Source: Candidatus Pacebacteria bacterium CG2_30_36_39 (GTDB lineage Bacteria > Patescibacteriota > Microgenomatia > UBA1400 > PJMF01). From it: DNA of 64,000 bases. The stretch spans positions 307,004 to 371,003 of the forward strand of contig MNZB01000004.1 in the NCBI GenBank assembly GCA_001873435.1. The letters are read 5' to 3'. A program made the position numbers and the translations under genes. Under the pieces are notes generated by a model that was not told the DNA's origin, did not search any database, and saw only the letters and a program-made list of their open reading frames with translations. This document shows positions 8,201 through 16,663 of the stretch, in pieces (the stretch's first letter is position 1; each line of letters opens with the position of its first letter).

Positions 8201-11128
8201 TTATTTATTTTGTAAACTAACCCCTACAAACGAGTGGGTGTTTTCTGGAGAAATAAACTCCAGAGTATCTCCAACAAGCTCCCCCTGTGGTGCTATGAGG
8301 GTGGCTTTTTTACCAGGGAAATATATGGTGGTTCTTCTATTTTCCACTTCTATTCCAGGTTGTTTTTGATCAAAAAATAAGAATGAAAATGGTTCATCTA
8401 AAACCTTACCAGTTTCATAGGTATATTGAACCGTAACTACAGAATCTTTTGGTACTTCTAGGGGGAAACCAACTACTTTTTTGTCTTTTTCGTTATAGAC
8501 ACTAGCAAGACCACCATCTATCTTTTTCCCATTAACCAAGACTTCTTTTGCTTGAGTATTCTTTCCTGAAATAAAGCGCAAATATAATTTATATGCTCCT
8601 AGTGGCCAGCCGTCAGATTTGGCTTTGTTCGAGAAAACAACAGTCCTAATATGCTTAATGTTTTTTTCTCCTAGTTCAATTCTTTCTTCAATTTTTCTTT
8701 CAATATAACCATTTACTTTATTGAGACCAATATTTGTTTCTACCTGATATGTTTGTTCAACAAAACAATTAGTCTGAGGGAATCTCTGTGGACACATTGG
8801 AGAAATTACTTCTCCATTCCAGCCAAGCTGCTGTAATATTTCTTGATTTTTTTGATCAAATAAAGAAATTAAGAGATCTTTACTTTCAAGACTCTGATAA
8901 AAAGCCCCTATTATTTTATTCATTTCCTCTGGTGAAGCTGTTTTTATTCTTTTAAATAATTGGCTAAAAACCAAGTGTGTATAGTCTTTATTTTGAGCAG
9001 CATTTTGTACAAATTCAGCATCAGAATGAAACTCTACTCTCTCAAATAAATTGTTTTTTGTTAATGTTTCCTGATGATCACTAATTTCAATTGTATCCAG
9101 AGCTTCGATTAAGTCTTGAGCTACATAAAAATTCATAGCTAAAACACCATCAACTTGTTTTTTTAAGGCTTCTTTAACAAACCAAGCAGCTCTTTGGGCG
9201 GTGGTTGGAAAATCTGGATCCCAATTACTATCTCTCATGAACCAATTCTTTTCTCCCAAGTATTTCTGTAATTCTGCTGGCGGAGCAACTAAACCTGGCA
9301 AAAGAGAGTCAACCTCTTGAGTGTTGAATGTCTGAGTGTCAATTAACATTCCTTTGTCAAAGGTAAGTAGTAAAAAATCTTGGATAAAACCACCAGTTGG
9401 TCTGATTTCTAGGTTGTTTTGCAATAAAACAAGATAGGTTTTTTTGCCTTCTCCCCCAAATAAACTAGAGAAAAATCCAGGCAATTGTTGAGTTAAAGAA
9501 AGATTTTCTTTTGTTTTTTCCAAATAGTCTATCCAGCGCTGTTGGGTTTCATTCTCTGTTTTATTTTCATTTGGATAAAGATAAAAAATAGATTCTTCAA
9601 TTAAAGAAATTTTTTCAGTAATTTTTGAACTCAAATCTACTATTTCTTGAGGAAACTCCTTATTAGTCTCCCCCACTCCTACAACACCGAGACCATAATT
9701 TGCTGTTTTTTCCTGTAAATATTTTTGTAATGATTGAAGCTCAACAAAACCATTAATTAATTGATCTACCACTGTTTTTTCAGTTATTAAATCACTCGCC
9801 ACTCCATTATAAATACCAACTTGTTTATTAAGAAACCCTGCCCAAACACCTGGTGAAAAATCTTGAGCGGTTTGTGGTGAATTTTTCTCAAAATATCCAA
9901 CTAATTCTTTTTTTGCAAAGAAAAAAGTCATTTCTAAAATCAACCACAAGGCCAGGGTCACACCGCCTAAAATCATTACCCCTACCCCACCAAAAAACAT
10001 GACTTTATTTTTCTTTGATTTTTCAGAAATCTTTTTTACAATTTTTACCTTCTTATCAATTCTTTCTTCATTTATTTTCGATCTTTTTTGATGAAACAAT
10101 CTAGATAATTCTCCCTCTATCTTCTCCTCTTCTATTTCAATAACTTCTTCTTTTGTCTTTTCTTGATCTTTAGATTGATGTATCGTTGTTTTATCTATGA
10201 TTATTTTTTCATCAACCTGTCGTTCTTCAATTGAAGTCTTTAAAGCCTGTTTTTGTGGCTTTAAAAGCCTTTGGTCTATTGTTTTGATTAACTCTAATGA
10301 ATCATCTTTTCTTTTAACGTCATTAAACAAGGAGGGGGAGGGAATGTTTAGTTTTTTCTCCCAGTTTTGTTTTTCTCTAACCAACTTGTCTAAAATGGGT
10401 CTGATTTCACAAGTAATTTTTACTTTCAAAAAATCCCCAATATCTGGAAAAACTCTTCTACCTTTTACCGCAAGAAGTTCTAGGGTAGAGGAGTAATAAG
10501 TTTGAAATAGATCCAAACAATAAACCAAATGATCGGTGCTTAAAACATTTTTACCCTGGATTAATATTTTTTGAGGTTGATGTGGTTTGAAAAATATTAA
10601 TTTTAAGTTGTCTATAACTCCAGAAAGGTTGGTTAAATAAATATCTTCTTCTGGATCAAATAAAACTTGTTTTTTGTGACCAGATAGAGATGTTTTAATA
10701 ATCTCTGGAAGATAATTTCCTTCTAAATAATCCCTAATAAAAAAGAATTGGGCTTGAGGAAAATTGTTAATTAAATTTTCAAAGTTAACATTTTTTTGTT
10801 CAAAAGCCATTTCTGAATCTAAAATATATTTTTCTGGTAAAACACCGATAATCATTACTGAAATTTCTGGAGAAACCTCAGTTAAAAATTTAGTTATAGT
10901 TTCCAGGGTTTTTATATTACTAAAATCAACCCACCAGATAATACGATAAATACTTTTTACGCTAAGACTTTTAACATCAAGATGGGGAAGTTGAGCTAGG
11001 GTTATTTTAAGAGTTTCAATTTCATAAACCCCAAATAAATCTTCAACTTTCGCTGAAAATTCATCATAATCTCCGAGAATAATAACTCGAGGACTTTCGT
11101 CAATAATTTGGGTATGAAGGGCAGGCAT
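8201..11128 (-). CDS. Large membrane-anchored DUF4012-family protein.
   Basis: 975 aa. Single central TM MFFGGVGVMILGGVTLALWLILE. The C-terminal domain carries the LEIRPTGGFIQDF motif, the RPTGGF signature of DUF4012. Confidence 0.5.
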   Translation of the reverse strand: MPALHTQIIDESPRVIILGDYDEFSAKVEDLFGVYEIETLKITLAQLPHLDVKSLSVKSIYRIIWWVDFSNIKTLETITKFLTEVSPEISVMIIGVLPEKYILDSEMAFEQKNVNFENLINNFPQAQFFFIRDYLEGNYLPEIIKTSLSGHKKQVLFDPEEDIYLTNLSGVIDNLKLIFFKPHQPQKILIQGKNVLSTDHLVYCLDLFQTYYSSTLELLAVKGRRVFPDIGDFLKVKITCEIRPILDKLVREKQNWEKKLNIPSPSLFNDVKRKDDSLELIKTIDQRLLKPQKQALKTSIEERQVDEKIIIDKTTIHQSKDQEKTKEEVIEIEEEKIEGELSRLFHQKRSKINEERIDKKVKIVKKISEKSKKNKVMFFGGVGVMILGGVTLALWLILEMTFFFAKKELVGYFEKNSPQTAQDFSPGVWAGFLNKQVGIYNGVASDLITEKTVVDQLINGFVELQSLQKYLQEKTANYGLGVVGVGETNKEFPQEIVDLSSKITEKISLIEESIFYLYPNENKTENETQQRWIDYLEKTKENLSLTQQLPGFFSSLFGGEGKKTYLVLLQNNLEIRPTGGFIQDFLLLTFDKGMLIDTQTFNTQEVDSLLPGLVAPPAELQKYLGEKNWFMRDSNWDPDFPTTAQRAAWFVKEALKKQVDGVLAMNFYVAQDLIEALDTIEISDHQETLTKNNLFERVEFHSDAEFVQNAAQNKDYTHLVFSQLFKRIKTASPEEMNKIIGAFYQSLESKDLLISLFDQKNQEILQQLGWNGEVISPMCPQRFPQTNCFVEQTYQVETNIGLNKVNGYIERKIEERIELGEKNIKHIRTVVFSNKAKSDGWPLGAYKLYLRFISGKNTQAKEVLVNGKKIDGGLASVYNEKDKKVVGFPLEVPKDSVVTVQYTYETGKVLDEPFSFLFFDQKQPGIEVENRRTTIYFPGKKATLIAPQGELVGDTLEFISPENTHSFVGVSLQNK

Positions 11129-11189
11129 ATAAAGATTATGCCCATTGTATGCAATATAAGACTACTTTGAAAGAAGAAGGCAAAATAAG

Positions 11190-11609
11190 CTATAAACCTT
11201 GACTATCCATAGCTTGATTTGCTAATAAATCAGCTTGAGTATTTTTATGACGTAATACATGGTGAAAAAAAACAGAGTAGGGGAGAGAGTTTATTATTTC
11301 CCAACCTTGTTGAGCTAATTCTCTCAGTCTTGGTTCTTTTATTTTCCAATTCTTTTGCATTTGTTCTACAACTAGTTTGGAATCTAAATAAAAATCAACT
11401 TGTTCAAGTTTGTTATTGTCAGAAAAATCTTTAAGCCAAGTCAGTGCATTTATTAAAGCAAGATATTCAGCTTCATTGTTGGTTTTTTCACCAAAATAAA
11501 TCGCTTTTTCAAAAATAACTTCAGCCAATTGATTTTCTACCACAACACCACCACCTGAAATACCAGGATTTCCTCTAGAACCACCGTCTGTGTGAATTGA
11601 AAGTTTCAT
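11190..11609 (-). CDS. rnhA: Ribonuclease HI.
   Basis: MKLSIHTDGGSRGNPGISGGGVVV...NNEAEYLALINAL: the RNase H catalytic motifs. Confidence 0.9.
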   Translation of the reverse strand: MKLSIHTDGGSRGNPGISGGGVVVENQLAEVIFEKAIYFGEKTNNEAEYLALINALTWLKDFSDNNKLEQVDFYLDSKLVVEQMQKNWKIKEPRLRELAQQGWEIINSLPYSVFFHHVLRHKNTQADLLANQAMDSQGL

Positions 11610-11618
11610 TTTAAAATC

Positions 11619-12080
11619 TTATTTTTTGCGAATTACTAACACTCTACCAAAGGTATCGTCTTCGGAAAAAGTTTCAATATCGCTAAAATCAGGATTTTCA
11701 CCAATTGCAGAATGAACTAAAAAACGCTCATAAGAATTTAGATCATTAAAAACATATTCTCTTCCAGATTCGCGAACTTTCTCAGCAATCTGTAGAGCTT
11801 TTTCTTGTAATCTATTTTCTCTTTCTTTTCTGTAGCCGTTAATATCAATTACCAAACGTTGATTTTCTTCAATTTCTTCTTGATGTGCCAGGCGAACTAA
11901 AATTTCTAAAGATTCTAGTGTTTCACCCTTGGCGCCAATAAAATGTTTGGCTTTTTCTTCTGGTAAAACAATATTTAAATATATTTTTTCACCTTCAGCT
12001 GTTTCTTCAAAATTAATTTCACTAGCTTCAACTCCATAGAAGTCGAAGATTCTAATAATTCTATCTTTCATTTTTTGCAT
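11619..12080 (-). CDS. jag: Jag/KhpB-like RNA-binding protein with KH and R3H domains.
   Basis: 153 aa. KH-like IGAKGETLESLE and C-terminal R3H-like LNSYERFLVHSAI. Lies immediately downstream of yidC and overlaps it by 20 nt. Confidence 0.75.
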   Translation of the reverse strand: MQKMKDRIIRIFDFYGVEASEINFEETAEGEKIYLNIVLPEEKAKHFIGAKGETLESLEILVRLAHQEEIEENQRLVIDINGYRKERENRLQEKALQIAEKVRESGREYVFNDLNSYERFLVHSAIGENPDFSDIETFSEDDTFGRVLVIRKK

Positions 12081-12819
12081 ATTTGCTCACCAATCTTTGA
12101 TAATAAATTTGTATTCCGCCCCAGCCAGAGACATAATATTGTTGAATGATACTAGTGACTGTACTGATAACCCAATAAAGTGCTAACCCAGAAGGAAAGC
12201 TGGCTGCTATTACACCCATCATGATAGGCATAATAAAAAGCATTTGTTGTTGCATTGTTGCAGCCATTTCTGCCGTGTTTTCTTCTTTTTTATTAGCTTC
12301 TTGGACTTTTTTAAGTTTACTTTTATTCGGCACTATATCTCTAACTTCGGCGCCAGGAGAGATCATTAAAGACAAAATAAGCTGAGTAACTCCAGATAGA
12401 ATTGGCAAAATATATGTTTTATCTGGCTGACTTACGTTAAACCACAAAAAATTGAGATTAAAACCATTAATTGTAGCTCCATCTAGAAAAGAGATCATTG
12501 CTCTATAAAGCACGATTATGACAAAAAATTGAATTAATTGAGGAATACATCCTGCGATTGGATTAGCGTTGTATCGTTTATAAAGCTCCATTTGAGCTTG
12601 TTGTAGGCCTTTTTTGTCTTTGCCAAACTTTTCTGTTAACTTTTTAAGTTCTGGTTGAAGTTTTTGTAATTGTTTTTGAGCTTTAATGGAAGAGTTTGTT
12701 AAGGGAAAAAGAGCAAACTTGGTTAATAGAGTAAAAGCAACAATTCCCCATCCAAGACTACCTAAGGTTTCGCTTAAAAAAATTAAAAATCGTACACTTT
12801 GTTCAATAAGATATCCCAT
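12061..12819 (-). CDS. yidC: Membrane protein insertase YidC/Oxa1, short form.
   Basis: 252 aa. Multi-pass. LTKFALFPLT...QKLQPELKKL...YKRYNANP: the YidC signature region. Confidence 0.85.
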   Translation of the reverse strand: MGYLIEQSVRFLIFLSETLGSLGWGIVAFTLLTKFALFPLTNSSIKAQKQLQKLQPELKKLTEKFGKDKKGLQQAQMELYKRYNANPIAGCIPQLIQFFVIIVLYRAMISFLDGATINGFNLNFLWFNVSQPDKTYILPILSGVTQLILSLMISPGAEVRDIVPNKSKLKKVQEANKKEENTAEMAATMQQQMLFIMPIMMGVIAASFPSGLALYWVISTVTSIIQQYYVSGWGGIQIYYQRLVSKYAKNER

Positions 12820-12828
12820 TAGATTCCT

Positions 12829-13035
12829 TTACCAACAAGTAATTAGGCGTAAAAACCCCTTTATCGATCCAACGATTGTACCATGTCTTTTAATTTCCGC
12901 TTGAGTATATCTACTACAGGTTGGAGTATGTTTACATTCACTACTAAAACCAAAAATAGTATATAAAATTTGATGTTTCCAAAAACCTACAATTTGATAA
13001 ATACCAAATATGCCAGGAGAATATTCTTTTTTCAT
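12829..13035 (-). CDS. yidD: Membrane protein insertion efficiency factor YidD.
   Basis: 68 aa with C..P.CS.Y...A...HG and a terminal ...RLITCW, as in the YidD family. Confidence 0.8.
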   Translation of the reverse strand: MKKEYSPGIFGIYQIVGFWKHQILYTIFGFSSECKHTPTCSRYTQAEIKRHGTIVGSIKGFLRLITCW

Positions 13036-13397
13036 TTTTGAGCTAAGACTTCTGTTTTGAAGTTTTTCATCTCTACTACAAAGACTTCTTTTTCTCTGGA
13101 AAAGTCTTTAAAAACTTTAATAATACAACGAAGTTTTAAATTTTGTAATAAATCCGAAGAAATCTCGTTATAAATCAATCTTTTGAGTTTATTTCTTTGG
13201 GTTGCCATTAAAATATTTTTTTTAGGAACAACGACAGAAAATTGATTGTTTTCTATTGAATTTTTAAAATCAAAATAAGCTGAAAAAAACTTTCCACGCC
13301 AGGTATTTCCTCGATAGACTTCTTTATTCGAGATATCTTTTAAATTTAACTTATTTTTTTTAGGTAACATAATAAAAGCCTGTAACTCAGACTTCAT
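13032..13397 (-). CDS. rnpA: Ribonuclease P protein component.
   Basis: 121 aa basic protein between rpmH and yidD, with 4-nt overlaps typical of this operon. Confidence 0.75.
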   Translation of the reverse strand: MKSELQAFIMLPKKNKLNLKDISNKEVYRGNTWRGKFFSAYFDFKNSIENNQFSVVVPKKNILMATQRNKLKRLIYNEISSDLLQNLKLRCIIKVFKDFSREKEVFVVEMKNFKTEVLAQK

Positions 13398-13425
13398 TGT
13401 ACAAAAGAAATAGAGAAGAATTAAA

Positions 13426-13581
13426 CTAAACTTTCTTAAGAACAGTGAGTTTTTTACGACCTTTATTGCGACGTCGTTTAAGTACTAAACGACCGTCATG
13501 AGAGGCCATTCTCTTTAAGAAGCCATGAGTGCGTAATCTTTTTTTCTTTTTAGGGTTCCAAGTGCGTTTTGTCTTTGCCAT
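13426..13581 (-). CDS. rpmH: 50S ribosomal protein L34.
   Basis: Not in the ORF track. Reverse translation gives [51 protein letters not shown], a textbook L34. Confidence 0.9.
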   Translation of the reverse strand: MAKTKRTWNPKKKKRLRTHGFLKRMASHDGRLVLKRRRNKGRKKLTVLKKV

Positions 13582-13604
13582 AGGCGAGGATTATATCATA
13601 GTTT

Positions 13605-14714
13605 TTAAGAGCTAGTTGTTCTGAAAGGCATAATTACATATAGGAAATTTGGCTCGTCAGGAATTTGAAAAGCAGCTGGTTTTAGACTCTCGTTCATTTT
13701 AAAGATTAATTCACCTTCTTTTTTCTTGTTTAAAAAATCCATTAGATAAACAGCATTAAAAGCTATCTCCTGACTTTCTCCAGAATATTTTACTATCATT
13801 TCCCCCTGGTAATCCCCAGTAGCTGGTGAATTAGCTTTAAATCTTAAAATATCTTTGTCTAGTTCTAGTTTTACGATATTTGAACTATCTTTAGCAAAAA
13901 GAAAGGCTCTTTTAATTTGAGTTTGGAATTCGCCAAAGTCAGTTTTTATTTCTATGGCAAATTCTTCAGGAATTATTTTTTTATATGGTGGATATTCTCC
14001 TTCTATCAAGCGAACGTAGATTTCTATTCCATCAATCATAAAAAGAACTTGTTTAAGCTCCTCAGCTACTCTGAAAGCAACTTTTTCTTGCTCTACTTGG
14101 TTCATCATCCTAAACACTTCATTTAGAGCTTTTACTGGTATTAAGAAGTTTTTATTTAAATTAGGAACTTCGCCTTCATAACTTAATGCTGCCAATCTAT
14201 AGCCATCAGTTGCAGCAATTTCTAGTTTTTTATCCTGAAAAGAGAAGAGTAACGAGGTTAAAACAGGTCTCGTTTGATCTTGTGCTGCAGCAAATGAAAT
14301 ATAAGTATCTACTTTTTGTAATAAATCTTTTGATAATGTAAATGTTTCCCCATTTACCTCTGGAAATTGAGGATATTCCTCAGCGCTTTGATAGGGGAGT
14401 GTACTTTTGCTTTTTTCATATTTAACTAAAATTGAGGTATCTGATTGAATAAATTCAACGTCTCCGGCTGAAAAAGAAAAAATTAAACTTTTAAATATTT
14501 CACCAGGAACGACACATTCACCAGTTTCTTCAACTATTGCTGGAATAGTACTTTTAATTCCTAAATATAAATCTGTTGCTGCTAAAGTTAATTGATTTCC
14601 TTTAACCTGTAAGTAAACCGATGAAAGAATTGGCAGTTGTGGTTTACTTGGAATTGCTTTTTGCAAACTAGTTAAAGCAGTTTTTAAATTTTCTTGTAAA
14701 ACTTTAAATTTCAT
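13605..14714 (-). CDS. dnaN: DNA polymerase III beta sliding clamp.
   Basis: 369 aa, MKFKVLQENLKTALTSLQKAIPSK.... Its position next to dnaA supports the call. Confidence 0.9.
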   Translation of the reverse strand: MKFKVLQENLKTALTSLQKAIPSKPQLPILSSVYLQVKGNQLTLAATDLYLGIKSTIPAIVEETGECVVPGEIFKSLIFSFSAGDVEFIQSDTSILVKYEKSKSTLPYQSAEEYPQFPEVNGETFTLSKDLLQKVDTYISFAAAQDQTRPVLTSLLFSFQDKKLEIAATDGYRLAALSYEGEVPNLNKNFLIPVKALNEVFRMMNQVEQEKVAFRVAEELKQVLFMIDGIEIYVRLIEGEYPPYKKIIPEEFAIEIKTDFGEFQTQIKRAFLFAKDSSNIVKLELDKDILRFKANSPATGDYQGEMIVKYSGESQEIAFNAVYLMDFLNKKKEGELIFKMNESLKPAAFQIPDEPNFLYVIMPFRTTSS

Positions 14715-14900
14715 ATTTTAGGTTCTGTCTTTACTATCTATATATATATGTTGTTGTAGTAATAATAGAAGCTGTTGATAAGTGGGAAAGCCGCAAATAA
14801 TACTCAAGTATTTTCATAAAAGTTAATGTTAATTAACTTGGCTAACCAGTTCTTCATAACTTTGTGTATTGTGCCGTAAAACTTTGTTAAAAGCGATAGG

Positions 14901-14974
14901 TTTTTCACAATAGCTCAAAGTTATTAATAGTTATCCAGAGCCTTTCCACAAAGTTATTAACTGAGTTATCCACA
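14901..14974. promoter_or_regulatory. Cluster of DnaA boxes in the dnaN-dnaA intergenic region, a candidate oriC element.
   Basis: Perfect TTATCCACA at 14966-14974. TTATCCAGA at 14931-39, CTTTCCACA at 14942-50 and TTTTTCACA at 14901-09 all lie in the same orientation within about 75 bp, amid AT-rich sequence. Confidence 0.6.
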
Positions 14975-14985
14975 ATTGTTGATAA

Positions 14986-16497
14986 CTATATCTTAGAGAT
15001 AGCAGTTAATGACATTCTAAGAGCTGAAATATCTTGTTGTGTCAAGCTTTCTTCTTTTATCTCACTCTCTATTTTATTAATAGCATGTAGAACACTAGTA
15101 TGATCTCTACCCGAGAACCACTTACCAATTTCTTCTAACGGCATATTAAGCTCTTTCCTCAAGAGATACATAGCAGTATGTCTAGCTCCAACAATGTCTT
15201 TAATTCTTCTTTTACCTTTAAGAGCACTTTGTTTGATTCGATAATGATCAGCCACTGTTTTGATAATATCTTGAGGCTTAACACGAAGATTTGGAGAAAT
15301 TGTAGGAGCTTCTGTTTTAAGTAATGATTGAATTAATTCTTCAGTAATTGTTCTTTGTTTTAATTCAACCTCTGATCTTAAAAGTTTAATAATACCCTCA
15401 ATTCTTCTAGCTCCATCTACTTTTGAAGAAATTAATTGTGCCAAATTCATTGGCAAATCTAAATGATTTGCTTGAGCTTTAATTAAAAGGATCGCGGTGC
15501 GAAGTTCAAAAGAGGGTTGTTGAATATCAATCATTAAACCAGCCTCAAATCGAGATCTTAATCTAGATTCTAGTAGATTGATTTCATGAGGAGGGCGGTC
15601 AGAAGTAAGAATAATCTGAGAAGCTTGTTTGGTTAGTGCATTAAAAGTGTGAAAGAATTCTTCTTGAACAGCATTTTTTCCAGCCAAAAACTGAACATCA
15701 TCGATTAAAAGTACCTGGGTATTTCTATATTTTTGTTTAAAATCAAAAGCTCTTTTCTTTTGGATAGCATTAACAATTTCATTTGTAAATTCTTCACCAG
15801 TGCAATAAATAACGTTTGTTTCTGGATTTTGTTTGAGAATATTGTTAGCAATCGCTTGCATTAAATGAGTTTTACCCACTCCAACTCCTCCATATAAGAA
15901 AAGTGGGTTGTAGGCAGCTCCAGGGTTGTTTGAAACGGCTGTGGCAGCAGCATGGGCCATCTCATTAGTAGTTGAAACAGCAAACGTTTTAAAGGTGTAA
16001 TCTAGTCTCAGGCCAATTCTTTTGGCTGCTGTTTTTGATCTATCTTGAAAGCTGGCTTGCAAAGTGTGGGCGGAAAAAAGCTCATCAACAGTAGGAGAGG
16101 TTGAGTTTCCAGAGCTAAAACCATGTAATTGCTGAGTTTTTACTGGCTGAGATGGCAATAAATGAGCTGTTTGACTCAAATTATCAACACTTGATGAAGC
16201 ATTGGGTGTAAATGGTGTGCCTACAATGAATTCTATTTCCACTTTTTTATTTAATTGAGCTTCTAATGTTTCCTTTATTTGGGTATAGAGATTTTTTTTG
16301 AGATTTGTAGCATGAAAAGCAGTGGGGCAAGTAATTGTAGCTAGTGCTTGATTTTGTTGATCAACCTCAACTTTTGTTAATGGATTAGAAACAATCCAGG
16401 TGTTAAAAACAGCGGGAGTAAGTTGTGTTTTTAGAGTTTCTTGAGTGGCCTTCCAGACAGTATTAATTTCATTTTCCTCTAACGTATGAGTAAACAT
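14986..16497 (-). CDS. dnaA: Chromosomal replication initiator protein DnaA.
   Basis: 503 aa. AAA+ Walker A GGVGVGKTHLMQAIAN, box VII, and a C-terminal DNA-binding domain LRKELNMPLEEIGKWFSGRDHTSVLHA. Confidence 0.95.
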   Translation of the reverse strand: MFTHTLEENEINTVWKATQETLKTQLTPAVFNTWIVSNPLTKVEVDQQNQALATITCPTAFHATNLKKNLYTQIKETLEAQLNKKVEIEFIVGTPFTPNASSSVDNLSQTAHLLPSQPVKTQQLHGFSSGNSTSPTVDELFSAHTLQASFQDRSKTAAKRIGLRLDYTFKTFAVSTTNEMAHAAATAVSNNPGAAYNPLFLYGGVGVGKTHLMQAIANNILKQNPETNVIYCTGEEFTNEIVNAIQKKRAFDFKQKYRNTQVLLIDDVQFLAGKNAVQEEFFHTFNALTKQASQIILTSDRPPHEINLLESRLRSRFEAGLMIDIQQPSFELRTAILLIKAQANHLDLPMNLAQLISSKVDGARRIEGIIKLLRSEVELKQRTITEELIQSLLKTEAPTISPNLRVKPQDIIKTVADHYRIKQSALKGKRRIKDIVGARHTAMYLLRKELNMPLEEIGKWFSGRDHTSVLHAINKIESEIKEESLTQQDISALRMSLTAISKI

Positions 16498-16580
16498 CTT
16501 TCCTTTTTTTTATTTTGGACAGAATATCTTTAACCTAATTAAAAAAAACAGCAGGGCAAGTTCGAGATTGTTTACTTAAG

Positions 16581-16602
16581 TTATACACCTAGTTTTCCAC
16601 AA
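16581..16602. promoter_or_regulatory. DnaA-box-like sites upstream of dnaA.
   Basis: TTATACACC at 16581-89 and TTTTCCACA at 16594-16602, in an AT-rich region upstream of dnaA. Confidence 0.4.
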
Positions 16603-16663
16603 GCTCTTAAGAGGAGTTTTAAAGTATTTTTATCTAAAGATCAAGCAGGAAAAAATATTTGTT

